In this document: positions 45,438-63,301 of the stretch, piece after piece
Layout of the letters: each line of letters starts with the position of its first letter
Position numbering within the stretch: the first letter of the stretch is position 1
Source of the DNA: Piromyces finnis finn
Lineage: Eukaryota > Fungi > Neocallimastigomycota
DNA: 64,000 nt
Direction of reading: 5' to 3'
Assembly: GCA_002104945.1 (NCBI GenBank)
Contig: MCFH01000027.1
Coordinates: 613,626-677,625 of the forward strand
Notes under the pieces: model-generated
What the model was told of the DNA's origin: nothing
The model's database searches: none
What the model saw: the letters and a program-made list of their open reading frames with translations, nothing else
Made by a program: the position numbers and the translations under genes

Positions 45438-47753
45438 TTATTCAATACTTTTAATGAAGGCATCATCACTTGGTTCTCTACCTAAGAATTCCTTTAAAAT
45501 ATCCATAGCATTCATAGTACTACCTCTCTTTAAAATAATATTACGGTATCTATCACCAGTTTCTGGGTTGAAAATACCATTCTTTTTAAATTGAGAGAAA
45601 TAGATATCAGCAGCATAAACTTGACTCCATAAGTAACCATAGTAACCAGCATCATAACCATCAACAATGTGATCAAAGACAGCTACTGGCCAGGTATTTT
45701 CAATACTATCGACTAAAGTAATTTCTTTTCTAGTTTCATCCCAAACCTTTACTGGATCTAAAGCTGGATCAACATTTTCAATAGAATAAAGTCTCATATC
45801 AACATAACTCTTGAAAAGTAAGTTGATATTGTAATAATTACCGTAGTTAACCTTCTTTGTAGTAATAATAGTATTAATTAAATCAGAAGGCATTTTACTA
45901 CCATCAGCGTAATGCTTTGAAAGTCTTTCAATAACTTCTGGTTCCCAACAGAAATATTCGAGCATTTGAGATGGAACTTCAAGGAAATCTTGTTCAACAT
46001 TGTAACCATTAAATCTGGTGTACTTGGTTTCAGAAATAATTTCATGGAAAATGTGTCCAAGTTCGTGGAAGACAACAGTGATATCGTAGTGAGTTAATAA
46101 AGCTGGTTCATTATAACTTGGCTTTGAGAAACTAGTTACTAAAGCAGCAGCTGGATAACTACGAGTACCATTTTCTTTTTCATAACCATAACCAAGGTGG
46201 AAAGCAGCAGAGTAAGTAACCTTACCTTCACGATAGAATAAATCAATGTAGAAGGAACCCATATAATTATCGGTCTTTTGATCGAAAACAAGGAATTGAC
46301 GAACATCTGGGTGCCATGTGTTTGGATTTTGAACTTCATTAATCTTTAAAGAGAAAATTTCTTCATACATTTTAAGCATTTCATTGATAACATCAACAAC
46401 TGGGAAGTATTCACTAACCTTGGCATTATCAAGGGAATATTTCTTTTGGTTATACATTTTTCTGTAGTAATCAACATCGTAAAGATGAAGAGTATTGTCA
46501 AATGATTCATTTAATTCTTCCTTTTCTTCTTTCTTAAGTTCTAATAAATTTTCGTTTTCAGCCCTAGTTTGTGGTAAAAGTTTTTCCTTTAAACTATCTA
46601 AGAATTCGAAAACATTTTTTGTGGTCTTTGCCATCTTTGATTCAAGAACATATTCACTGTGGGATTTGTAACCTAAAGTCTTGGCAACTTCAGTCTTCAT
46701 GTTAACAATTTCCTTTAAGAGTTGAACATTTGGTTTGCAACGTTGATGATAAAGAGCCATGATAGCCTTTCTTGTATTTTCATTTTTAGCAGTGGTTAAA
46801 ATACCAGAGTAAATAGTGGACTTTGGAGTAGCAATGTAAGCTTCTTCACCATTCTTTGTAGTTGGCTTTAATAATCTAATAACGCTTGTTGGAACACCAT
46901 CTAATTCGGATTTAGTAAAAACAACGGTAGCTGTTTGTTCTTGTGGATCGTAAAGACAATCCATAAGAGTGTAAGCTTTTTCCATAATTTCCATTTGAAG
47001 ACCATTAATTCTTTCAAGAGTAGCACTATCAATATTATTATTAGCGGAAATAGATTTACGGAAAATTTCTAAAACTTTAATATCTTCTGGGTGAGTTGGA
47101 GAAGCAACCTTACCACTATCAATATTAGCAATAACCTTTGAGATTTTTTGTAAAATAGCTGGATTACCAAGGTAACTAGCACCTTCTAAAGTGTAAGAAG
47201 CATCAGTAGAAGCATCTCTTACACTACCATCAACGGCAACATTTTGTAAGAAAGTAATAATATTTTGTTTACGATCAATTTCATCTTCTAATTTACGAAG
47301 AAGTGGGAAGATAACATTTTCAAAAGAGCATTCATCATCTGGAATTTCTAAAATTTGATTAATAACTAATTCTTGATTATTAAGAAGTTCATTTGTAATG
47401 TTGTTAATATCATCAGCGGTAAGAGACCAATTAAAGTTTTCAATATCTTTTTTAGCAATTTCTTCACTATCTTCACCAAGGATAATGTCATCATTATCAT
47501 CATTATCTTCAATTTCAGTGACACCTTGAATATCATCTGGTGTGAAATCAACACTTTGATCTGATTCTTCAGCATCAGTATCCTCATTATCATAATATGA
47601 ATTACTATTAATGTGAACAGCTTTAGAAACAACAATGTTGGATGCTTCATTTACATTTGTTGAAACATCTTCACTTTGTAAAATTGGACCAGATAAAACC
47701 TTTACAGCAAAAGCTGAAAAAGCAATAATTAATTTTAAATTTTTAAAGTGCAT
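45438..47753 (-). CDS. M3A metallopeptidase (thimet oligopeptidase/neurolysin/saccharolysin-like) with putative signal peptide
   Basis: HELGH zinc motif, DFLEVPSQMLEYF and GYDAGYYGYLWSQVYAAD. Intronless, 771 aa. Confidence 0.93.
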   Translation of the reverse strand: MHFKNLKLIIAFSAFAVKVLSGPILQSEDVSTNVNEASNIVVSKAVHINSNSYYDNEDTDAEESDQSVDFTPDDIQGVTEIEDNDDNDDIILGEDSEEIAKKDIENFNWSLTADDINNITNELLNNQELVINQILEIPDDECSFENVIFPLLRKLEDEIDRKQNIITFLQNVAVDGSVRDASTDASYTLEGASYLGNPAILQKISKVIANIDSGKVASPTHPEDIKVLEIFRKSISANNNIDSATLERINGLQMEIMEKAYTLMDCLYDPQEQTATVVFTKSELDGVPTSVIRLLKPTTKNGEEAYIATPKSTIYSGILTTAKNENTRKAIMALYHQRCKPNVQLLKEIVNMKTEVAKTLGYKSHSEYVLESKMAKTTKNVFEFLDSLKEKLLPQTRAENENLLELKKEEKEELNESFDNTLHLYDVDYYRKMYNQKKYSLDNAKVSEYFPVVDVINEMLKMYEEIFSLKINEVQNPNTWHPDVRQFLVFDQKTDNYMGSFYIDLFYREGKVTYSAAFHLGYGYEKENGTRSYPAAALVTSFSKPSYNEPALLTHYDITVVFHELGHIFHEIISETKYTRFNGYNVEQDFLEVPSQMLEYFCWEPEVIERLSKHYADGSKMPSDLINTIITTKKVNYGNYYNINLLFKSYVDMRLYSIENVDPALDPVKVWDETRKEITLVDSIENTWPVAVFDHIVDGYDAGYYGYLWSQVYAADIYFSQFKKNGIFNPETGDRYRNIILKRGSTMNAMDILKEFLGREPSDDAFIKSIE

Positions 47754-49734
47754 GATGAATATAATTGAATATGACTATAATATATATATAATAAATAATA
47801 ATTGTATGTATTCTTATTATATATATATTCTTTATATATATATATAATTTTTTTTTATTATTCTTTTGATAATTTCTATTCTATAAATCCTATTATTAAT
47901 TAGTTATATAGAAAAAATATATATATATATTTAAAAAGACTTTTTATAATAAAAAAAGCCAATTAAAATTATTAAACTTTATGAATAGATAAATATTATT
48001 AATTTTTATTTCATTTAGATATGAAAAAACGTTGTTTTTATACCTTTTTTGTTTTAAAAAAAATGTTTTTTTTTTATAATAATTTATATTTAATAAAAAA
48101 AACTTTTAATAATTTAATATATTAATTATATATATAATATATAATTAATATATACAATTAATATATTTAATAATTTTATAATTTAATCTAGTTTTGGAAT
48201 AAATATATATAATATATATGAAAAAAAAAAAAAAAAATACGAAGGCATTTTTATTAAAGATAATAGTAAAAAATATTAATATAAAAATTCTTACTTTATA
48301 TTAACTTATAAATATTATATATAAAAAAGGATTATTATATCAATTTGATAATTAAAGAATTATTACTATTATTATTTATAAAGTAATATTATTATTATAT
48401 AAAATATTATTATATAAAATATTATTATATAAAAATATTATGCTATATAAAATATTATTATATAAAATATTCCTTAAATTTATACTAACACATTATTTAT
48501 CCAATCTTAGGTATTCATTTAAAAAAAAAAAAGTAGATTGACCCATAACTTTAATATATATTAATTAAAACGTTTTCTAACTATAATTTATAATAAATTG
48601 TAACGGTGATTTACTCTTTAATATTAATTTTTATTGGGCTTTTTATAAATATTGATTTATTTATTTTTTAATAATACTAATTATACTTTTTGTGTAACAT
48701 TATTAATTTAATAAAAAACCATGGAATATATTAAAAATTAATATTAAATGAAAATCAATTCATATTTCATATAAATTTAATTAATTACCCAAACTTTATT
48801 AATTATTATTTTTTAATATTATAATTGTTTTTTTTTCTATTTTCTATTAAAAAAAAAAGAAAACTACTAAAGACTTGATATAAATTAAAAAAGACAGAAA
48901 AAAATAGTTTTTTTTTCATCATAAAATAAAAAAAAAGGAAGGAAGAAGGATTATTAAGTAAAATGATGCTTATATTTTTAAGAATGATATTTATATTTGA
49001 AAGGATGAAAATTTTAATGAAAAAAAAAATTGGGATAAGAAATTTGATCTTGGGTATATTTACCTATCCTTAATCATAAAATTTTAATATTGTATCCCAA
49101 ATCGGAGATTAATTTTAGGAAACTATAATATTAGAAAATAATTAAAATGTTGCATAAAAAGTTTGTAAAATAGTTATTCTTAAATAATAAAAAAAGGATC
49201 CGCCATTAAAGGGTTGTTACAATTTTTTATTAATAAACTGTATAATGCTAAAAAAGAAAATCAATAATATATTTTATCCTAGAAATAAAAAATGATCATA
49301 ATATAGTTTGCTTTTTTTTTTTTTCTTCATTTAAATAATAATAATAATAATAATAATAAAAAAGCATTTTTTTAAAGTAGGTTTTTATTAAATAATAATA
49401 AAATTGTTTTTTAATTAATTTACTTATTATAAAATAAAATGATATGGGTCAAATGTTTAAAAAAAAAAGAAATTTTTAATATTTTTAATAAATATAAAAT
49501 GGTTGATAATAACTTTTTTTTATTATTTTACTATTATGTTTACTTTTTTTTTAAAAAAATGTTTATTATTATTATTATATTTGTTTATAATAAAATATCT
49601 TAAATGAATTTTTTTTAATATTTTTCCACTACATGAAAAAAATTCATTTAATTCTTTAATATTATTCATTAGAATAATAACAAATAAATATTCTCGTTTT
49701 AACAAATAAATAGAAAAAAATAATAAATAGTAGT

Positions 49735-49772
49735 TATTTATTTATTTATCTATTTATTTATTTAGTTAGTTG

Positions 49773-49836
<64 letters not shown>

Positions 49837-49925
49837 GTTATTTAGTTATTTAGTTAATTAGTTAGTTAGTTAGTTAGTTATTTATTCATTTATTTATTTA
49901 GTTAGTTAGTTATTTATTTGTTTAT
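49735..49925. repeat. Compound (TATT)n/(TAGT)n microsatellite
   Basis: Directly visible tetranucleotide runs. Confidence 0.85.
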
Positions 49926-51395
49926 TTACGAATAATTAATATTATATTTTGATTCTTTGCTTTTTATATAATACATTATTATATAAGGATAGATAGATAG
50001 ATTTTTTTATACTAAATAGAAATAGTAGATAATAAGTGTTTTTACCATTATTTCCTTATTTACTCAAAAAATCAAAGTAATTTATAAGGGTATCAATAAT
50101 AATAATAAAAAAAAAAAGATAATGATATAGGTAATAAAATTAGAAGATTATTTTTATTACTTTCTTATTTTCGATATAAAAAAAAATCATTATTGCATGG
50201 TTTAAAATTCATTTTGGTTTATTTTATATCATTTTCTTTTTTATTATTTTCTTTTTAGAAAGGAAAGATATATATAGATTTTGTTGATTTAATAAATATG
50301 AAAAAGGCATGGTTTGGATATTGCCAGAAAATGAACTATGGAAGGATTAAAAGAAATCTATAGTTTTAGTTTTTTGAATAGAAAACAAAATATATAAATG
50401 AATTTAAAAAATATATATATTTCATTAATAATAATAATAAATAAATAAATAATAATTAATGAATATCAATTCATTTTAATTATTATCTAAAGAAAAACTT
50501 CATAGATGCATTAAACAGATTAGTTTTTTTATCAAAATATTGATATTTTTTGTTTTTTTTTTAGGTTTAAATGTATACATTATACACATTATATATTTAT
50601 TTATGTATTTGTATAAGATATATGGAATGTATACAGAATCAAATACAATTTGTATAAATGATTTAAAGAATTGTTGTATACAATAATAGATTCATTATGA
50701 ATAAATAAAAATAGAACAGCAATTATTTATTTCATTTTCTTTTCTTTAAGAAAAAAAATAATAGCATTAATAGCATTAATAATTCATGCTAAATAACTTT
50801 TTCCCCATTTTTATTTCCTTTTTTTTTTGGTTGATTAGATAGTGGATGGATAATTTCTTAATACCAAAATACCCTTCACCTTTTATAGTACAACAATGCC
50901 CAAAAAAGAAAATACCATATCCTTGTTTTGTGGTAAAAATTTATTCTTTTTTAACCATAAAAAGTTTAATTAAAAGAATTTTTATTATTTTTGAAACATA
51001 ACCCATAATTAAAAGTAAAACAAATTTATTTATTTTTTTTTCTTTTTTAATTAATTAAAAATGAAATGGAAAAACTTAAATGAATGAATGAATATATTTT
51101 ATTTAAATAAATTATATAGAATAAATCAATGAATAAAATAATTAATTCATTTATTAAAAATTAGGATAGGCATCTTTAAAAAAAGAAAAAAAAATTCTGT
51201 TACACAAGATAAATTATTAAAAATTCTATAATAAAATAAAATATTATTTTTATTTTGTGAAATAGTCGCAAAGAAAAAAAGGTTCCCTTCAAAAATTTTT
51301 AGTTTTAGTGGCAATAAATAGCCAGAAAATGAATATAATAAAACGCAAAGAACAGACAAAACTCTTTTCATTAAAATTGTAAAGAAAATTATATC

Positions 51396-51676
<281 letters not shown>

Positions 51677-53178
51677 TGGTGAAATAACACTAAATAATAG
51701 ACTTAATAGCATTTAGAGTTAAATATGATATAACTATATATAATTCATATTTAATGATTTATTAATCAATTGTTTCAGTAACATTACCACTATTACTTCT
51801 ATAGAAACAAGAAATACTAATAAAAGCTTAGATTTCAAAATCTAAAAAAAATCAATGAATATAATGTTTTTCGTTAATATTAATAAATATTAATAAATAT
51901 TGAATATTGAATATATTTTCATGATACCTGTTTTAATAAAAGATACTTTATTTCATGGGCTTTCTACCTATATCTATTTTACTATTAGGTGAATGAACAA
52001 GTAAATAAATTTCTAATAATAATTAAATGAACAAGTAAATAAATTTCTAAAATTAATTTCAAAAGAAATAAGGACTTCAAACTTTAATTAATAATATTTT
52101 TAAAGTTTTCCTAAATTAATTAATTTAATTCATTATATATAACTTTATTATATATTAATATAATATTAATAATAAAAAATATTTCTTTGTTTTTCATTCG
52201 TTTCATAATTTTAAAATAGAAATAGTAATATATGTCATACATTTATAATAATATATAAAGAAATATATAATTGATTCAATTTTAATTTATTATAAATCGA
52301 TAATAATTAAATTTTTTTTTTTTCAAAAATGGAAGTATTTTTTTTTAATTAAATTAAAAAAAGCATTATCATCATCCTCATTTACTGAAATTACAATAAT
52401 TCACACTTTAAAAGAAATTTAAAAAAAAAAACATCAAATCTAATAATAGCAACAACAACAACAATAACAACAACAACAATAACAACAACAAAAAAAAAAA
52501 ACCTTGTTATTTATTTAGGCCATAAAATAGTTTTATTTTCAATATAAAAAAAAAAAAGAATTAATCAAAAGAATTTTCAAATATAAAAAATGAACTTTTA
52601 AAAAAAAAAAATACAAATAGTTATATAATCAACTTTTCAATAGTTTTATTAAATAAAATAAAATTAATATTACTTTTTTTTTTTTTTAATTTCCTGAAAT
52701 ATATATATGAATAAATAAAATATCAAGTAAAAAATATACACTTTTCTAATATATATAATATATATATAATATTTAAAATTATCTACCAACATACCCAATT
52801 ATAAAAGTCTTCATAGTTTGCTCAACTTTGTAAATAGTAAATTTAACAAAACTATATGTATATAGCTGTATAAAAAATTTTACTAGTTTTGGAGGAAACA
52901 TTATTAAAAATAATAATAAAAAAAAAGACAATTTTATCCATTCCTTTATATACTTTTGTAAAAATAATTGTAATTATTTTCAAAAATTTTTATAACTTTT
53001 CAATAAATAAAAAAGAACATACTTGATAATAAAACCAAGTGAAAAAAATAATAATAAAAAAATAGTATTGTTTTTATCTTTAAAAAAAAAACTTTCAATT
53101 CACTTTATATATAGATTTATGTAAATAGTATTTCTAGTCATTGTATAACAAAAAAAAAAAAAAAAAAAAAATACAAAA

Positions 53179-54534
53179 ATGAAAAGCCTTAGATTTTTTA
53201 AAAGTTTACCAAAAGAAATTACCTATAAAATTTCAAAAGAATCTTTAAATATATATTTCTTATGTCTTTGTAATCAATTAACTATGCAAGATATGAAAGA
53301 TATTTTTGAAAATTATGATTATTCAAAAGATGAATATTATGATATCATAGAATATAGTCTTATTCCAACGTTACTTCGGTTCAACAAGTTTTCTTTTTAT
53401 AAAAATTTAAACTTAAATTGGTCTGTCAATGATACAGTATTAGCTTACTATGCTATCAAATATAAAAAATATTCAGTTATTCAAAAACCATTTTTCATTG
53501 ATAAACTATTCTTGGAAGGGTTTCTAAAAAATTATCCCGAGGCAGTAAAAATTATCGGTCATCATTTTTATTATATACCAGAAGATAATTGTAAAGATTT
53601 TTTTAAAAGATATCAAGATCAAAAACATGCAATTTATCGTCCATCTCAATATTCTATTCAATTTAAAAATAAAAAGGTATATTATGAACTTTTAAAGGAA
53701 CTTCTGCCTGATTACCCAATCTATGAAAAATACATTTATGGAAGTCCGGCCTTAATAGAGCATTTGAATCGAGTATTAAATATCGAAAAAGTTGTCAATC
53801 AAGCCGAAGAAAAAAAGTGTAGTTTAAAAAGTCCTTGTTCCAGTCCTAGAGAAGATAGCAACTATAGAAAGGAAAAGGATATGATAACGAGTCATCAAGA
53901 AATAAATAAATTTTATCCCTATCTCTATGATTACCTTTTCCTTTTCAATAGTAGTCGTGATATACCCAAAGAAAAAATATTAAAATTAACCATGAATTCA
54001 TGGAATTGTAGTTTTGTTTCTGTGATCCTCTACGATGTTTTCTTACCCAAAAATGATGATGGACGTCGTCCTAAATTAAATCAAGTTCAACAACTAGAGT
54101 ATCAAAAATGTTTAACAAACGCTAAACGTATGGTAAATGCTTATACACTAGATGATGATCTCTTACAATATCGACTCATGGTCGATCAAAATTACCTTGC
54201 CTTGGAGAATTTATATGATGTCTACTTTAAAATCTTAGAATATGATTCCAGAACAAAAGGTCATTTTTATCGTATTGATCTTCTTTTTCATATCTTTTTC
54301 CCAACCATTGTTCTTTTAATAATGAATAAGGATATAAAACATTTAAAGGCGTATATTAGTTTATTAACCTATAAACATTGGATAGAACATACCTTGGCCT
54401 TTTTTGATTATGCTATTGAATTCTATACCTTTAAACCAGAAAAATTTTCTAACCAAATTGAAAAATTAAAACGTAAATATAGCACCGAATATAAACATTA
54501 TAAATTCGCCTTGAATCAATATTTAATAAAATAA
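53179..54534 (+). CDS. Hypothetical intronless protein, F-box-like N-terminus
   Basis: 451-aa ORF. FFKSLPKEITYKI fits LPxEIxxxI. The remainder is helical and Tyr/Phe-rich, and not recognised. Confidence 0.7.
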   Translation: MKSLRFFKSLPKEITYKISKESLNIYFLCLCNQLTMQDMKDIFENYDYSKDEYYDIIEYSLIPTLLRFNKFSFYKNLNLNWSVNDTVLAYYAIKYKKYSVIQKPFFIDKLFLEGFLKNYPEAVKIIGHHFYYIPEDNCKDFFKRYQDQKHAIYRPSQYSIQFKNKKVYYELLKELLPDYPIYEKYIYGSPALIEHLNRVLNIEKVVNQAEEKKCSLKSPCSSPREDSNYRKEKDMITSHQEINKFYPYLYDYLFLFNSSRDIPKEKILKLTMNSWNCSFVSVILYDVFLPKNDDGRRPKLNQVQQLEYQKCLTNAKRMVNAYTLDDDLLQYRLMVDQNYLALENLYDVYFKILEYDSRTKGHFYRIDLLFHIFFPTIVLLIMNKDIKHLKAYISLLTYKHWIEHTLAFFDYAIEFYTFKPEKFSNQIEKLKRKYSTEYKHYKFALNQYLIK

Positions 54535-55721
54535 AAATTCCTTATTGTAAAAAAAAGGATAATAATTCCATGACAAGAAGGAATCTTGTTTTATAGATAT
54601 TTAAACATATATTGTTTATAAAATAAAAGGATAGTAAATTAATAATAATAAAAACCAATTGTAATTTAGTATATATATATATTCTGTCTGTATGTGTGTG
54701 TATGCCTGCCTATTTATAAAAAAAAATAATAATAATAATAATAATAATCATGCCAATTTTAAAGGGTTCTTGTTTTTTTATTTGTTTTTTTATTTCTAAT
54801 GACTACTATATTTATTCATAATTATATATTATAATGTGGCGTAGTTGCCTATCGATACTAAAGTAAAGGTCTAAAAAAAAAAAAAGAGATGTAGAAAAAT
54901 AAATATTTTTAAAAAGTATTTTTATTTTTTTATTTTTTATAGTGGCTTTATAGATATCGATATTTAAAAGTTTTTAAATAGGATAAAAAAAAATTTAAAA
55001 AAAAAAAAAACAATATTTTTATAAATTTTGTATAAAAGAAAGGGTGAAATTATCATTTAATAAATAAAATAATAATAATCTACATTATAATAGGGTTTAA
55101 ATGTTTATTTTTTATTTTTAAATGCTGAAATAAATAATAAAAAAAAAAAATTGAAAAATATTATCAAAATATAATTTATGTTTATTTTTATGTTGCAAAA
55201 AGTTGGTAAACTAAAGAAAAATAAAAATATTATTATCATAATAATAATAGAGGGAAAAAAAAAAAAAGATATATTATCAAGATAAAATAATATTGTATGC
55301 TTTTTGTTTGTTGTTATATATATATAGAATTAGTCGTTTTTTTTTTTTTTTTTTTTTTTTTCCTCAATACAATGTTTTTATCAACCTTAATTTAGGCATT
55401 ACAGTATTTTTTTTTTTTTTTTTTTTTTTTTTTCAAAATTTAATACTACAATGTCTAAAAGTTCTTAAAATTTGTATGATGGAAAATAATTTTGACTAAC
55501 GGGAATATCTAAAAATTTAAACACTATCTATTCTATAATCAATGAAGGGTCATAATATATCTACAGTTTAATTATTAATGTTGTTTATTTAAATATCGGT
55601 CAAAAGACGTTGCCATTAAATCAACTAAATCATTGAAGTTTATGTAACATTTGTTAATTAAAATAAATTAGGTTGTAAAGGGTGGTCAAGATGCTTGATT
55701 TAAAGAAGAATAAAGGGATGT

Positions 55722-56762
55722 TCAAGTTCTAAAATCTATTAAACCAGTAACATTTGATAAATTTAAAGGATGAGATGGAAATGAGAATGAACGATATTGT
55801 GATGAATTCATGTAAGAGGTATCTCCAATGGTTGGGTATAGACCAACTAACCATCCTAGTTTTTCTTTAAATAATTTAACTGATTCAGCAAAACCATAAT
55901 TACCATTAAGTTCATTACTGAACTTGATAAGAGACTTTATCCATTCACCTACTAATGAACTACTATACACTTTACCATTTTGTACACGTTGACCTATTTC
56001 ATTAATAACGCGCTCCCATGCTTCACCAATTTCTTTTAATAAGTATTCACGAGTAATTTCATTATGATAGTTTTGATTCCATACTGGTAAACGTAATGCT
56101 AATTGAGTGACATATTCCAAATAACCAATTGATACTACCGGATATTCTCTTTCTAATTCTTCACCATAGTTTTCAGGATTTATAAAATATTTTAAGTAGT
56201 TGACAGTTATATCTAAAAGTTCCATAAGATTTGGTTTTACTCTATTAAATGAATAGTCCGAACGATCAGCTCCCCATTTAGTATATGGGAAGGAATTATT
56301 TAATTTCTTTTCAGCGACTTGAAGTTGATTAGTGACAGATTTAAGGGTTGGTCTTGGAATAAGGGAAAGGATATCTTGACTGAGTTTAGGATTTTTATCT
56401 AATAAACTACTTAATATATCTATAATTTGATCTTTTTCCAAAGATTGTAATACCCTTTCAATCTTTGGTTTTATTCTTCTTTGCTCTTCTTCTTCCTTTT
56501 TTTGTTGTTCCTGTTTTTGTTGTGCTTGTTGTACACCATTAAGAATTCTTTCATGTTCAACTTGAGAAGAGAAAATAGATGGCTTTATTTTTTTGGTAGT
56601 TTGGAAATATTTACGATAGTGAGAAGAAGAAATTATATTGTTTGATTCAAGTTCTTCACGATCATCAGAACTGTTATTGTCAGATATATCCATAATTTCA
56701 TCTTCATCTAACTTTCTCTTTTGACCATGCTTTATTTTTCGAAATTGCATATTACTTGACAT
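55722..56762 (-). CDS. STS1: Sts1/Cut8 nuclear proteasome tethering factor
   Basis: Basic NLS-like KRKLDEDE, LQSLEKDQIIDILSSLLDKNP, IPRPTL and SFPYTKWG...DYSFNRVKPNLMEL. Confidence 0.88.
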   Translation of the reverse strand: MSSNMQFRKIKHGQKRKLDEDEIMDISDNNSSDDREELESNNIISSSHYRKYFQTTKKIKPSIFSSQVEHERILNGVQQAQQKQEQQKKEEEEQRRIKPKIERVLQSLEKDQIIDILSSLLDKNPKLSQDILSLIPRPTLKSVTNQLQVAEKKLNNSFPYTKWGADRSDYSFNRVKPNLMELLDITVNYLKYFINPENYGEELEREYPVVSIGYLEYVTQLALRLPVWNQNYHNEITREYLLKEIGEAWERVINEIGQRVQNGKVYSSSLVGEWIKSLIKFSNELNGNYGFAESVKLFKEKLGWLVGLYPTIGDTSYMNSSQYRSFSFPSHPLNLSNVTGLIDFRT

Positions 56763-58130
56763 TATATTATTTATTTCTTAAAATTTAATTATGTTTTTTT
56801 TTTAATAATCTTTATTATTTTCTTTTCTGTTTTAAATTGAGAAATAAAATAAATTATTAATTAAAAACAGTGGGCTAATTGGTTTTAATATTAAAACATT
56901 AATAATATAAAATATGAATATATAATAAATTAAAAATATATATATTAGTTTTGTATTTAATAAGTCAATAAAAAAATAAAAAGATTGTTTTACTATTGAA
57001 CACTTTTTTTTACTTATAAATGATATAAAAAAAGTAAAATTTTAGTATAATTATCTGATTAATATTACTTATATGTGAATATTATATATATTATTCATAT
57101 AATTATTAAAAAAACCTTCAAATTATTAATTGATCTAATATTCTATTTCTTTGTTAATAAAATTATCAATATTTTACTTCTTTGTTAATAAAATTATCAA
57201 AACCCTTTAAATTATTAATTGATCTAATAATACAATCTATTTTTAAATTATTAATTTAATTTATTGCTTAGCAAAATTAACTATTTTATTTCATTTTATT
57301 TTAATTAAACAATATATATGATAAAAAATATACAAATAAATATAAATAAAAAATTAATATTTACTATTATAGGACTTTTTTAATTGTTTTTATTGATTAA
57401 AATTTTCTATTACGAAGAATATATATACTGTTTTTTTTTTTTTTTAATAAAAATAATATAATTTGCTGAATGAAAACGTAGAAATCGTAGATTAGAAATA
57501 GATGAGATTAAATTAAATAATAAATGTATTTTATCTTTTTTTTTATTTATTTTCCTTTTTAAACTAATAAGATATTATATTTAAATTGGATAAGTATTGA
57601 AAAATGAAAAATGATATATTTTTTAAAGATTAAATTTTAAATTTTATTGTAAAATATTTAAAATGGCTTTTAAAAATAATCCTTTGATGAGTTATTATTT
57701 TTAAATATATTTTTTTATTTTAACTTTTAAGAGGTTTTATTTCCAGTTTGTTTTTTACTAAAGATCCTAACAAGAAATAAAACACTTTTTTAAAAAAAAG
57801 AAAGAAAAGAAATGATATTTATTTATAAATTTAATTCATCAAAATTTCAATCTTTTAAATTTTTCTTTTTTTTTTCAAAAAAAAAAAAAAAAAAGAAAAT
57901 AAGCAATAAGAAAATTTAAAAAAAAAAAAAAAAAAAATTCTTTTTTATTATTATAAAAAGCAGAATTTTTTAAAGTTTATTAATATTTAATTTTAATATA
58001 TAAATAATATATTCAAATTATTATAATTTTATTTATTACATTACAATGATAATATGTAAAAATATGAAAATTAAATTTTTATTAATATTTTTTTAAATAT
58101 GATTATTAATGAATATGACTATTAATTATT

Positions 58131-58248
58131 TAAATATAATCAACTATTCATTATTCATTATTTATTTATTTAAATATAATCAACTATTCATTATTCATTA
58201 TTTATTTATTTAAATATAACCAACAACTATTCATTATTCATTATTTAT
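58131..58248. repeat. ~3 x 40-bp tandem repeat
   Basis: TAAATATAATCAACTATTCATTATTCATTATTTATTTATT occurs twice exactly, followed by a degenerate third unit. Confidence 0.85.
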
Positions 58249-58909
58249 CTATCTTTTACTTTGTTAATTAGAGATTAAATATATATAATAATAGTTTATT
58301 ATTCTTTTATTATTTATTTTTTGTTGGGATTATGGATTAAAAATTTTAAAGACTCTATTTAATTAAAATATTTAATATTATTAATAAATAAATATTAATT
58401 TGTTAATATTAATTAATATAAAAATAATTAAGCTATTTATTAAATACTATAATATATATTAATATATTTTAATATATATACAATTATATTCTAATAGATA
58501 ATATTGTTTAACATATTCCCATTGCTAGATTGAATCGAATAGAAAATTTAATATATAGAAAATGTATTTTAATATATAAAACTATTAAATTAAAATAATA
58601 TATTAAAATATATTATTAGTAAAACTAAATATAAATTTAATCAATAGATTAAAAAATAAGCATTAACAAAATCTTTAATTTTTGTATTTGTATTACAGCG
58701 GCTCATGTAATATTATGTAGTATACTATTTTTTATTATCTATATTTATTGTGATATTATTAGGTTTAAAGTGGGGCTAGTAATTACATTTTTTATATAAT
58801 TAATACGCTATTTGATTTTGAATAGAAACACTTAAAACAAATACTATAATAAAAAATAAAAATAAATACTATAATACTTTTGTTAGAATATGTGAAAAGT
58901 TATGATTAA

Positions 58910-59075
58910 TGTATTGAAATGTATTTAAACGTATTTATGTGTATTGATGATTTAGTATAAATCCTAGATTTTTGGCCATTTTAGCCAGATGAAATTCGAC
59001 CTCTGCCTGAATTTTAGCCAGGAAGTATTGCATTTGATTAGATGACTAAGCCACAATGTAAATGTATAAATACAT
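58910..59075. repeat. Dispersed repeat fragment (possible solo-LTR relic) related to 39699-39795
   Basis: Same two conserved blocks, with a longer GC-richer insert containing TTTTAGCCAG twice. Termini not identified. Confidence 0.55.
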
Positions 59076-59449
59076 GGAGGTTTGAATAGAATGTTAAGAA
59101 GTTGACATAATTAGAAAACCTAAATTAATGACTTTCAATAACTTTCATCTATAACCTAATTAATTTTAACCTTAACCTTTAATATTATTCTTAAAAATAA
59201 ATTTATTTATTCTTAACCCTTTAATATTCATATTGAATTTATTTTTTTTTTTTTTATTTATATACTAATAATCAATGATCAATTTTTTATTATATTTTAT
59301 TTAAAAAAATAAATATTTAAAATTTATAAATTCTTTTTTTATATATATTTTTTGGTATGATGTATGCTATTATTGTGTTAATATTAAAGTAAAATATTAC
59401 TGTGCCAATAGATTCTACTGGAATATGATGAATCTTTGTGATAAAAAAA

Positions 59450-63301
<3,852 letters not shown>

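Noticed and set aside
49030-49100. TTGGGATA ... TATCCCAA inverted pair upstream of the peptidase
   Set aside because: Only 8 bp, with no TSD or further copies. It cannot be told apart from chance or ordinary factor-binding sites.
58680-58785. Helitron 3' end (TATTACA/TGTAATA hairpin and a later CTAG)
   Set aside because: The hairpin is AT-rich and ~70 nt from the CTAG, and no 5' TC terminus or Rep/Hel remnant was seen.
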